A DNA stretch of 64,000 nt, taken from contig SVHG01000006.1 of assembly GCA_015055965.1 (NCBI GenBank), forward strand, positions 57,234-121,233, written 5' to 3'. Positions 48,701-60,700 of the stretch are shown here, piece after piece. Under the pieces are notes generated by a model that made no database searches, was not told where the DNA came from, and was given only the letters and a program-made list of their open reading frames with translations. The translations under genes and the position numbers were made by a program. The DNA comes from Clostridiales bacterium (GTDB lineage Bacteria > Bacillota > Clostridia > Christensenellales > Borkfalkiaceae). The first letter of the stretch is position 1. Each line of letters starts with the position of its first letter.

Positions 48701-51700
48701 GAGCGGTGCAAACGTCAGTTATTAACTTAATTTCGCCTACGTATAGGTCAATTAGAGTTTCTACGTCTTCAATTACTACGGGTACTAACTGCTTGTAGTC
48801 TACAACGGGGTTGGTAACCGTGCCTTCTAATAAGTCAATTAGAAGCTTAGCTATAGCGTCTATATCTATAAAGTTGTAACCTACAACGTACGCAATTGCG
48901 CTAATTACTTCGTCTACGTCTAAGTCGTAGCTTGCTTGAACGAATTCGTTAAGAGTTACGCCTTCGTATAGGTCTTTTAATACGTAGCAAATATCAGTTA
49001 TTAAAGTAATTTCGCCTGCTAAAGTATCTATAATAGCTTCAGTATCTTCAATTACTACGCTTACTAGCTGTTCGCCGTTGAATACGGGTGCGCTTATAGT
49101 ACCGTCTACTAAATCGTCTACTAGCTTAGCAATTTGATCTACCAGTGCTTCTTCAGGCATAAATACCTTAACGATAGCAACGGTTGATGCAATTACTTCT
49201 TCTACGGGTAGGTCAAGGGTTGCTTGAACAACGTCCTTAACCATTACGCCTTCGTATAGCTTAATAAGCTCGTCAAATACTACTTCGCTTGCTTCACTTA
49301 CGTAGTAGTTGCCGATAATTGCTTCTACGTCTTCAAGTACTACGGTTACTAGCTGTTCGCCGTTGAATACGGGTGCGCTTACAGTACCGTCTACTAAATC
49401 GTCTACTAGCTTAGCAATTTGATCTACCAGTGCTTCTTCAGGTAAGAATACCTTAACAACGTTTACTACTGAAGAAATTACTTCTTCTACCGGTAAATCA
49501 AGAGTTTCTTGAACAACGTTAACGACTAACGCGCCTTCGTATAGCTTAATAAGCTCTGCAAAGATTACGTCAATAAGCTTGTTATCCTCTACGTATTTGT
49601 CAACGATAACCTTAACGTCTGCAAGAATGGTAGTTACAAGAGCGCTTTCATCAATAATGGGCGCGCTTATAGTACCGTCTAATAAGTCGGTTAGAAGCTT
49701 TTCTATATCGTCTATATCAATGAAGTTATAGCCTACAACGTAAGATACTGCCTTAATTACGTTATCAATGGGTAAATCAAGAGTTGCTGAAGCAAACTCT
49801 GCAAGAGTTACGCCTTGGTATAGGTCTTTTAATACGTAACAAATATCGGTTATTAACTGAATATCTTCTACGTATAAGTCTAATATTGCTTCTACGTCTT
49901 CAACTACTACGGGTACTAGCTGATCCATATATACGTAAGGAGCGCTAATAGAGCCTTCTAATAAATCGGTTAGAAGCTTAGCAATAGTATCTACGTCCAT
50001 TAGGTTGTAGCCTACTACGTATGCAACTGCGTTAATTACGTTATCAACGGGTAAATCAAGAGTTGCTGAAGCGAAGTTGGCTAGAGTTACGCCTTCGTAT
50101 AGATCTTTTAATACCTTGCAAATATCGGTTATTAGAAGTATTTCGCCTGCTACGGTATCAATAATTGCTTCTACGTCTTCAACTACTACGGGTACTAACT
50201 GTTCGCCGTTAAATACGGGAGCGCCTAAAGTACCGTCTACTAAGTCGTCTACTAGCTTAGCAATTTGATCTACTAATACTTCTTCAGGTAAGAATACCTT
50301 AACAACGTTTACAACTGAAGAAATTACTTCTTCTACGGGTAGGTCAAGAGTTGCTTGAACAGCATCCTTAACCATAGCGCCTTCGTATAGCTTAATAAGC
50401 TCTGCAAATACAACGTCGCTTACATCACTTATATAATAATTGTAAAGAATTGCCTTAACGTCTTCTATTACAACGGTAATTAACTGTTCGCCGTTGAATA
50501 CGGGTGCGCCTAAAGTACCGTCTACTAAGTCGTCTACTAGCTTAGCAATTTGGTCTACTAATACTTCTTCAGGTAAGAATACCTTAACAACGTTTACAAC
50601 TGAAGAAATTACTTCTTCTACGGGTAGGTCAAGAGTTGCTTGAACAGCATCCTTAACCATAGCGCCTTCGTATAGCTTAATAAGCTCTGCAAATACAACG
50701 TCGCTTACATCACTTATATAATAATTGTAAAGAATTGCCTTAACGTCTTCTATTACAACGGTAATTAACTGTTGACCTTGAAGACCGGGAGCATTTAATC
50801 TTCCATCTAGTAAATCCATAACAAGCTTAGCAGCTTGATCTACTACAGGTTCGTCGGGGAATATTTCGTTAATTACGTTTGCAGCTGCAACCACAACGTC
50901 ATCAATAAAGAATCCGGGAATTGCAGTTAAGAATTCTCTAGTTAATGCGTCGCCGTATAAGCCTGCGATTTCTTCAAAGATTACTTTTACAAACTCTTCT
51001 TCAGTAAAGTGAGCTACTACGTCGTACGCTGCCATTACTAGGTCAGCCATCTTACGAGTACCGTGTAATCTTACTTCGCCAAGAGTTCCTTCTAATATAA
51101 TTTCTAGAACTTCTTCGATATCGTTAACTAAAACAGCGTGCTTCTTTAACGCGTCAACGCTTTCTACTACGTTTGCAGTTGCTGTTATAACGTCGTTAAC
51201 GTCAAAATCGGGAATTGCGGTTAAGAATTCTCTAGTTAATGCGTCGCCGTATAAGCCTGCGATTTCTTCAAAGATTACTTTTACAAACTCTTCTTCAGTA
51301 AAGTGAGCTACTACGTCGTACGCTGCCATTACTAGGTCAGCCATCTTACGAGTACCGTGTAATCTTACTTCGCCAAGAGTTCCTTCTAACATAATTTCTA
51401 GAACTTCAGCTATATCGTAAACTAATTCTGAACGATCTCTTATTGCCTTAACGCTTACTAGTACGTTCGTAATTGAATTGATTACGTCGTTTACGTCAAA
51501 GTCAAGTATTGCCGTGAAGATATTCTTAGCAATGGTATCGCCGTATAAGCCCTTTAGTTCTTCAAAGAATACATTTAGAGTTTCGCTATCATAGAAGAAT
51601 GCGTCTGCTAATAAATCTGCATCGTCTATTAATTCGCATACGGGAACTGAACCGTCTAATCTGATGGTTCTTAAAGTTCCGTCTAGCACATCCTCTAAGG

Positions 51701-54700
51701 TTGCTGCTACTGCATTAATCTTATCACTATGTTCTCTTATTGCTTTAATACTTGCTAGTACCTTTGCTAATGAATCAATAACGCTATCTACGTAGAAATC
51801 TAAGGTTGCGTCTACTACGTTCATAGCAACGGCATCGCCGTATAATCCTGCTAATTCTTCAAACGCTACTCTCATAGCTTCACTTTCGGTTATTAGTTTT
51901 ACAACGTCGTAAGTTGCAAGTATTAAATCTGCTATCTTCGCGTTGCCGTTTAGGTGTGCGTCAGCTAGAGTACCTCTATGCATTATTGCAATTACGTTTG
52001 CTACACCCTTGATTATTCCAGCTACCTTTTCGTCTTCTACTGCAGCTGCTCCTACGTTACCCATTGCGCGAATTACTTGAGCTACGGGGAAGTCGGGGAT
52101 TGCAGATAGGAATTCTCTGCTTAACGCATCGCCGTATAGAGCTGCTAACTCTTCCATTCCTACGTTTACTGCATCTATAGTTACAAAGTAGTTTAATATT
52201 TCTTTTGCTCTTAATATTAAGCCAGCCATCTTAGTTACGCCGTTTAATGAAACGTTTGCTAACGTTCCTTTTAGCATATCCTTAAGAAGAGCTTCTATTT
52301 CTGCAATTACTACTACGTCTTCAGGGAATGCAACGACTGCTACGTTTGCTAATGCAGTTATAACGTCGTCAATTAAGAAGTTGGGGATTACGTTAAAGAT
52401 GTCTTTAGTTAAGGTTTCACCGTATATCTTTGCGATTTCATCAAAGATAGCTAATACTGCCGCGTTATCCACAAAGTGATCAACCACGTCCTTAGTTGCT
52501 AGAACTAAGTCTGCCACCTTTTGATGTCCGTCTAATCTTACCTCAACAAGCGCGCCTTCGTGCATTATGGTTATAACGCCAGCGATACTGTTTACAAGCT
52601 CAGCATCCTCGGGTAATACTAATGCTACTACTACCTTTGCCATTGCAAATACCACGTCATCAATAGAGAATCCGGGAATAACACTGAATATATCTTTGGT
52701 TATAGTATCGCCATAAATAGCTGCTAATTCATCAAATGCAACCGCTACAGCCTCGTGTTTTACAAAGTAAGTTGCTACCTCCTTGGTTGCTAGAACTAAA
52801 TCTGCAACTAATTGACTTCCGTCTAATCTAATAGTTCTTAGCGTTCCGTCTAACATTATTATTAGAACGTCTGCTATTTCGTGAACTACTACCGCATCTT
52901 TCTTTAACGCTTTAACACTTGCTACTACGTTTGCAATTGAATTAATTACGTCGTCTACTAAGAAGTCAGGTATTGCCGTGAAGATATGCTTAGCAATAGT
53001 ATCGCCGTATAAGCCCTTTACTTCTTCAAAGAATACGTTTAGAGTTTCGCTATCATAGAAGAATGCGTCTGATAATAGATTTGCGTCGTCTATTAATTCG
53101 CATACGGGAACTGAACCGTCTAATCTGATGGTTCTTAAAGTTCCGTCTAGCATATCCTTTAAGGTTACTGCTACTGCGTTAATCTTATCGCTATGCTTTC
53201 TTATTGCTTTAACACTTGCTACTACGTTTGCAATTGAATTAATTACGTCGTCTACTAAGAAGTCAGGTATTGCCGTGAAGATATTCTTAGCAATAGTATC
53301 GCCGTATAAGCCCTTTACTTCTTCAAAGAATAGGTTTAAAGTTTCGCTATCGTAGAAGAATACGTCTGATAATAGATTTGCGTCGTCTATTAATTCGCTT
53401 ACAGGAACTGAACCGTCTAATCTAATAGTTCTTAAAGTTCCGTCTAGCATATCCTTTAAGGTTACCGCTACTGCGTTAATCTTATCGCTATGCTTTCTTA
53501 TTGCTTTAACACTTGCTACTACGTTTGCAATTGAATTAATTACGTCGTCTACTAAGAAGTCAGGTATTGCCGTGAAGATATGCTTAGCAATAGTATCGCC
53601 GTATAAGCCCTTTACTTCTTCAAAGAATACGTTTAGAGTTTCGCTATCATAGAAGAATGCGTCTGATAATAGATTTGCGTCGTCTATTAATTCGCATACG
53701 GGAACTGAACCGTCTAATCTGATGGTTCTTAAAGTTCCGTCTAGCATATCCTTTAAGGTTACTGCTACTGCGTTAATCTTGTCTTCATATTTTTCTAATC
53801 TAGCAATGCTTACTAGAATTCTTGCAGCAGAATCAATTAAATCATCTACTAAGAAGCCAGGAATTGCCTTGAAGATATCCTTGGTTAAGGTGTCGCCGTA
53901 CATGTTAGCGATTTCTTCAAAGATAATTCTGGGGGTATCGCCGAATGTAAAATGCGTTACTATATCGTAGGTTTCATTTACTAGATCTGCTACCTTTTGG
54001 CTACCGTCTAATCTAACGGTTCTTAAAGTGCCTTCTAGCATAATTACCAGAACGTCTTCGATATCGTTAATGAAAACAGAGTATTTCTTTATTGCGTCAA
54101 CACTTTCTGCTACGTTTGCAATTGCAGCTATAACGTCGTTAACGTCAAATTCAGGAATTGCCTTGAAAATATCTTTACTTAAAGTATCGCCGTATAAGAT
54201 TACTAACTGATCGAGAGCAGTATTTAAAGTAACGTTAGTGAAGTATAGGTTAATAATGGCTTTGGTGCTTAGAATTAAAGAAGCTACTTTTACGTAACCT
54301 GATAATTCGGGCTTACCAAGAGTTCCGTGAAGCATATCCTTAAGAAGAGCTTCTAACTCTACGACTAATTCAACCTCTTCAATACCGGTTGCTAAGATAA
54401 CGTTAGCAAGAGAGGTGATTACCGCGTCAATATCAAACTCGGGAATTGCCTTAAAGATATCCTTGGTTAAGGTGTCGCCGTATAAAGCAGCGATTTCTTC
54501 AAATGCAACCGCCACTACTTCGTTTACGGTAGCGGATGCTCTATCCTTAATAATATAATTAATTATATCATAAGTTTCTAATACTAAATCTCTTACTAAT
54601 TGATAGCCGTCTAGGTGAGCAGTTTCTAAAGTGCCGGCGTGCATAACTACTAGAACGTCTGCAATTTCGTGGATTAAAGTAGCTTCATCCTTAATAGCAA

Positions 54701-57700
54701 CCGCTAATACGTTTGCTAGCATTCTAATAACTGCGTCTATATCAAGATTTAGCGTGCCTTTTGCTATATCAACTACCAATACGTCGCCGTAAAGAGCAGT
54801 AAGCTCTGCAAATATTGCATCAACAAGCTCGTTATCTTCTACGTATTCGTCAACTATAGCTTTAATATCAGCAAGAAGCTGTGCAACGGTGCAATCCTTG
54901 AAGAATTCGGGCGCGTTTAAAGTACCGCCAAAGGTGTCTTTTGCAAGAGCTGCCACTTTGCCAATCATTTCTTCGTATTCTTCGCCGATTATTGCTAAAA
55001 CAAGGTCTGCAACGGCATCTATAACGTTTGCAACAAGCTCGTCCCCGTGGTAGCCGATAAAGTTCAATCTACCGCCAAATACCATCTTAACCAGCTCTGC
55101 AGCTTCCGTAATTATCTCTTGGTACTGTTCGTTAGTGATAAATGCGTTTGCAACCTCTGCAACGTAATCAATAACGCTATCTAATTCAAGATTTAAGGTT
55201 GCTTCTACGATTTCATCCACAACGTGGGTTTGACCGTATAGCTCTACTAAACCGTCAATAACGACGTCTACTCTTTCGTCGCCTAAATGCTTGGTTAAAG
55301 CAGCGTCTGCAATACCAAGAATATTTTCAACGGTTAATAGATCGTAATATGCGGCTTCAAAGTCAAAGTCGTCGTTAACGATATCAACAACCTTGGTTCT
55401 GAAGATTGCGCTCGCTAAGGCGTTTTCTTTACCTTCAAATAGGTAAGTATCTTCGGTAAATCCTAAGGGCTCTGCTAAGTAATCACCCACTAAAGCGTCT
55501 TCGCCAAGAATTTGCGCAACCGCCTCTACAAGGGTGTCGTTTGCAACGAAGTATAATACTCCGCCGAGTACAGCGCCTGCAGCTATTACGTAGGGTTGAT
55601 ATTCTTCAGGAATTGCATCCCAAATAACCTCACCGTCTACGGTTAGGTCGTTAAGAGTTCCTTCAAATGCTTCGTGAGCAACTTCATAAATTTCATCAAG
55701 GATTTCTGAATCATCTACGAATAGATCGGTTATAGAATTAACAACGTCTATAATTTCGTCTACGTCAAGCTCTAAAATATCCTCTTCTATATTGCCAATG
55801 GTTACGTCTTCTAATAAGTCAGCAACCTCTTCAACAACGTCAACAACGTCTTGGTCAACACCAAGCTCGTCAATAATTACTGCAACGTTTTCTAAGATTT
55901 CGCCAATGGTAGCATCCTCGTAAACAAGCTCGGGATCGCTAATGCTTCCATCTACAACCAGATCAACGATATTAGAAACGGCATCAAGAATTTCAGCGTA
56001 TTCGTCATCCGTTACAACGTTAACGATATCTACTACGCTGTTTACGATATCAGAGATTTCTAAATCGCTTAGACCTTCTTCGATATTGCCAAGCTCAACG
56101 TCGCCAAGTAAATCTGCAACGATACCCGCAATTTCGGTAACCGTGCCGTCCTCGTCTAATTCAAGAACGTCTACGATATCTATTACTTCGTTAATGATTT
56201 CACCAATAGTGGTTTCTTCATAAACAAGCTCGGGATCGCCAACGCTTCCACCTACTACTAGGTCTACTAAATCGGTTACTTCTTCTAATAAATCAGAGTA
56301 TTCGTCATCCGTTACAACGTTAACGATATCTACTACGCTGTCTACGATATCAGAGATTTCTAAATCGCTTAGACCTTCTTCGATATTACCAAGCTCAACG
56401 TCGCCAAGTAAATCTGCAACGATACCTGCAATTTCGGTAACAGTTCCGTCCTCGTCTAATTCAAGAACGTCTACGATATCTATTACTTCGTTAATGATTT
56501 CGCCAATGGTAGTTTCTTCGTAAACAAGCTCGGGATCGCTAATGCTTCCGCCTACTACTAGGTCTACTAAATCGGTTACCTCTTCTAATAGATCAGCGTA
56601 TTCGTCATCAGTTACAACGTTAACGATATCTACTACGCTGTCTACGATATCAGAGATTTCTAAATCGCTTAGACCTTCTTCGATATTACCAAGCTCAACG
56701 TCGCCAAGTAAATCTGCAACGATACCTGCAATTTCGGTAACCGTGCCGTCCTCGTCTAATTCAAGAACGTCTACGATATCCATTACTTCGTCAATGATTT
56801 CACCAATAGTGGTTTCTTCATAAACAAGCTCGGGATCGCCAATGCTTCCGCCTACTACTAGGTCTACTAAATCGGTTACCTCTTCTAATAAATCAGCGTA
56901 TTCGTCATCCGTTACAACGTTAACGATATCTACTACGCTGTCTACGATATCAGAGATTTCTAAATCGCTTAGACCTTCTTCGATATTACCAAGCTCAATG
57001 TCGCCAAGTAAATCTGCAACGATATCTAAGATTTCGGTAACAGTTCCGTCCTCGTCAACACCAAGTTCGTCAACGATTACGGCAACGCTTTCTAAAATAT
57101 CGCCGATAGTTGCGTCTTCATAGTTAAATTCGGGGTTGCCGATAGTTCCATCTACGAATTCCTTAACTAAATCAGCTATTTCTTCAACTGCGTCTGCGTA
57201 TTCGTCTTCCGTTGCGATATTAACGATTTCACTAGCGGTATCAACTAGGTCGTGAATCTTAATATCGGTAATACCTTCTTCAAGCTCGCTTAAAGTGATA
57301 TCTTCAAGTAGCTCTTGAACAACGTCTATAATTTCGTTTACGGCAGGATCTACGTCAACTGCTTCGTTTAAAATATTTTGAGCGTGTTCAACGATTTCAT
57401 CAAGAGTAATTAAATCGTTAAATATAACGTCGCCAAGCTCGCCGTAGAATAGGTCTGAAGCTAAATCTTCTAAAGCGTCAACTAAATCCTCGTATTCGCC
57501 GTCGGTTAAGATATCAACGATATCGCCAACTGCTTCAACTAATTCACTAACCGTTTTTTCTTGAATTCCTTCAACTGCTTCGTCTACGGGAATACCCTTT
57601 AAGAATTCTTCAATTCTATCAATAATGGGGTTAGCGTAAGTATCGTCCAGCACTTCAAAGGGAAGCGCGTTAATAACCTCTTGAACGTCGTTAATTAGTT

Positions 57701-60700
57701 CGTCTAAGGTGTAAGAATCAAAGGTGATTTCTACGTTTTCTATTCTACCGCCCAGAATTTCGTGAAGAATCTCTTCTAATTCTTCTAAAGCATCACCAAG
57801 CTCTGAATCGCCGTAAAGCTCGTCTACCTTATTAGCAATATTGAATAGCGAGTCAATAACTTTGTCTACGAAAAGCTTCTTAGTGGTTTCAACGAAATCT
57901 TCAAGCTCTGAATCGCCGTATAAACTGGTAAATTCATCTAAAACGGTATCAATAAGCTCGGTTGCGTCGCCTAAAGCGTCTGCAACGATTTCGGTGTTAA
58001 TAATATCCTTTAAGTCGCCTATTAATTTGTCTAGGGCAAGAGCTTCATTAACGTCAAGCTCAACCATCTTACTACCTGTAAATAAATCGGTAAGAAGCTG
58101 TTCAACGGCGTCAATAAGCTCGTGTGCCTTGGCGGGTTCGTCTTCGTAATCGTACCAAGCCTTGGCAACTACCGCTAAGCTTGCGATTACGTTATCCATT
58201 TCAAATTCTTTTATGTAATCAAGAGCTTCATTAACAAGCTTTTCTTCGCCGAATAGATTTCTTATTTCGGTTAAAGCGGCGTTAACGGTGTCTATAATTT
58301 GTTCGGTCAAATTCTTAGATACCAGTTCGGTATTAAAGATAGTTTGAACAACGTCTATAACCTCTGCAACCTTAACACCCTTGTTAACCTGGACGTTATT
58401 TAACGTTCCGTCAAACATTGCCTTTAGAACTACTTCTAATACTGCTAACGCTTCAATAATATCTTCGTTGCCATCTCTTAAGCCCATATCGTCTAAAACA
58501 AAGAAGGTAACGTTGAATATTGAGGTAATCGTTGCGTCAACGCCAAAATCGCCGATTGCGCTAAAGATGTTAGCGGCAATTTCTTCTGCTTTATAGTGAT
58601 TTTTAGCTTCTTCGCATATCTTTAGAAGAATACCGGTATCTACCCTACGGATAATAGCGGGGTTAACTAAAATTTCCTCTAAGTCTTCAATTAAGGTATG
58701 AACTAAAACTCTACCGTCTAAACGGATGCCAAGCTCGTAGCCTGCTTCTAAGCTACCTTCTAAAACAGTTCCTGCAAGCATATCGCAGGTAAGAGCTTCA
58801 ACTGAAGCAAGGAATGCTAAAAGATTTTTAGAATCTCTGTTTCCCTCCATTTCAGCAACGGCAAATTCTACGGTGTTAAAGAAGGCTTCAATAACCGCTT
58901 CAACCTGAGTTTCGGTAAGCTTATCGAAGATGTGTTTAGCAATAGTTTCTTCGCCGTAAATAGCCTTAATTTCGTCAAGCGCTTTAGCAACTATGTCACG
59001 GTTAATAAAGTCACCGGTTACGGCATCCCAATTTAAAATATCGGTAAATATTGCCTTAGTAACGGTATCTAATTTTGCAATAACTGCATCTAGCTTTACC
59101 CAAACGGAATTATTATTTAGAAGCTCCTTAACGTCCTCTATTAAGGTAGCAACTAAAACTCTGCCGTCTAAGGTGGGTTGTTCCTTTAAACCACCGCGAA
59201 GCATATCGCAAGCTATCTTTTCTAAATCGTTAATAAGCTTTTCTTTATCGGAAGAAGAGTTATCGGTAAGTCTTAAAGCAAAGGTAGTAAGGTCTGCTAC
59301 AATGCTTACGTAAACGTCTATTTCCTTAGTTAGTAGCTTTTCGCCACCGTTTAATAAGTCTTGAACGATTAGTAAAACGGAGGTATTTAAAAGCTCGGTA
59401 GTACCGCTTTCGGTATTTCCGTCCCAAACGAATAAATCGCCGTCGTCCTCAAATTCGCTGTAGTCCATATCTAAAACGATAAGAACTAGTTGGAGTAAAT
59501 CGCCCACTCTAATATCCATGATTTCAGGATAGGTATCAACGGGTGAATCTTCATTTAAAACGGTTTCTAAAACGTCTGCAATCTTAAGGTTTAGTAAGTT
59601 AGACCAAGAGTCGGAAAGAGGTCTTTCACTTACGCCTTCCTTATAGTATTCGTTGGTAACTTCGTTATATTCAAAGCCAAGAGCCATGCAGAATATATCG
59701 CCAACGGTAAGGGTGGGGAATAAATCTCTAAATATTTCTTCAGGCGCAACGTCGCCTTCTACGAATGAAAGTGCAAGGTCAAATATATTATTAAATGAGA
59801 AGTCTAAAACTAGAGTTAAGTATTCGTTGTCACAAATCCAAGCGCCGGTTTCAGCGTCCTTTTCGTAACCTAGAATATCGCCTAAAGAAACGTTACCGAG
59901 GGCATTTCTGAACGCTTCAACGATTTCATCAATACTTTCTGCAGAATATTCGTCTAAAATTAAATCTGCAACGCATAAATCGAACAAGCCGTCCACTAAG
60001 GGGTTGTTCGTCTTTTCAAGATTAAATAATTCACCTAAGGTAGTTTCGCCAAGCTCTTCCTTTAAGCTATCCTTTAAAGCAGAAAGGAAAAGCGCGCCGT
60101 CAAACTCTTCGCCTTGGCCGGCAAGAAGCTTACCAACGTTAAGTCCGCCTAAAACTTGTAAAATTACGCTATCTTCGGTACTTAAACCAACGGCTTCAAA
60201 TACGTACGCAAGATCTACGTCACCGAATAGGGATTGGATTTTAACTAGAATAGCATCGTCACTTAATAAAGTTCCAATATCCATTCCTGCAATAACCTGT
60301 AGCATATCGCTAGCAGGCTCGCCGTCCTTTTCCCAAATACCGTTGCCGTCTTCATCCGTTAAGCCTAAGATATAGCCAACCTTAACGTTTGATAAAACGC
60401 CAAGAACAGCAAGCGTGTTAAAGCTATAACCGCCCTCTTCGGTGGGAACGATTAAATCAGCTAACGTTGCGCCGTTTAAGAACTTTAAGAATGAGCCGTA
60501 TTCAGAAGAAATGCTGTTTCCGCTACCGTCTACGGTATCCAATAAATCGTAAAGGATATCCTCTAAAGGCATTTTAGCGATAGAAGAAAGTGAGCCCTCC
60601 ATAAGCTCTGCCATAACGTCGTCTGCGAAATTCTTACTGTTGAATAAAACGGAAATAACCTCAAGTGAAACGTTACCCAATAATCTGATTATGGGAAGAG

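Noticed and set aside
55900-57150. Regular 288-300-nt tandem repeats that might be taken for a CRISPR-like or satellite array.
   Set aside because: The period is far too long for CRISPR and there are no unique spacers. Every unit is in frame within the giant ORF and differs mainly by conservative codon changes. These are coding repeats.
31432-60375. About 45 plus-strand ORFs of 60-163 aa inside the giant gene, with Ser/Thr/Ile/Ala-rich translations (for example 33385-33798, 36970-37461, 60004-60375).
   Set aside because: They are antisense to the 30.66-kb minus-strand frame and recur at the repeat period (for example 40426 and 43327; 55942, 56542 and 56842). Their low-complexity S/T-rich composition is what the reverse complement of a V/A/D/E-rich frame would give. 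They have no RBS and no independent conservation signal. I treat them as frame artefacts.
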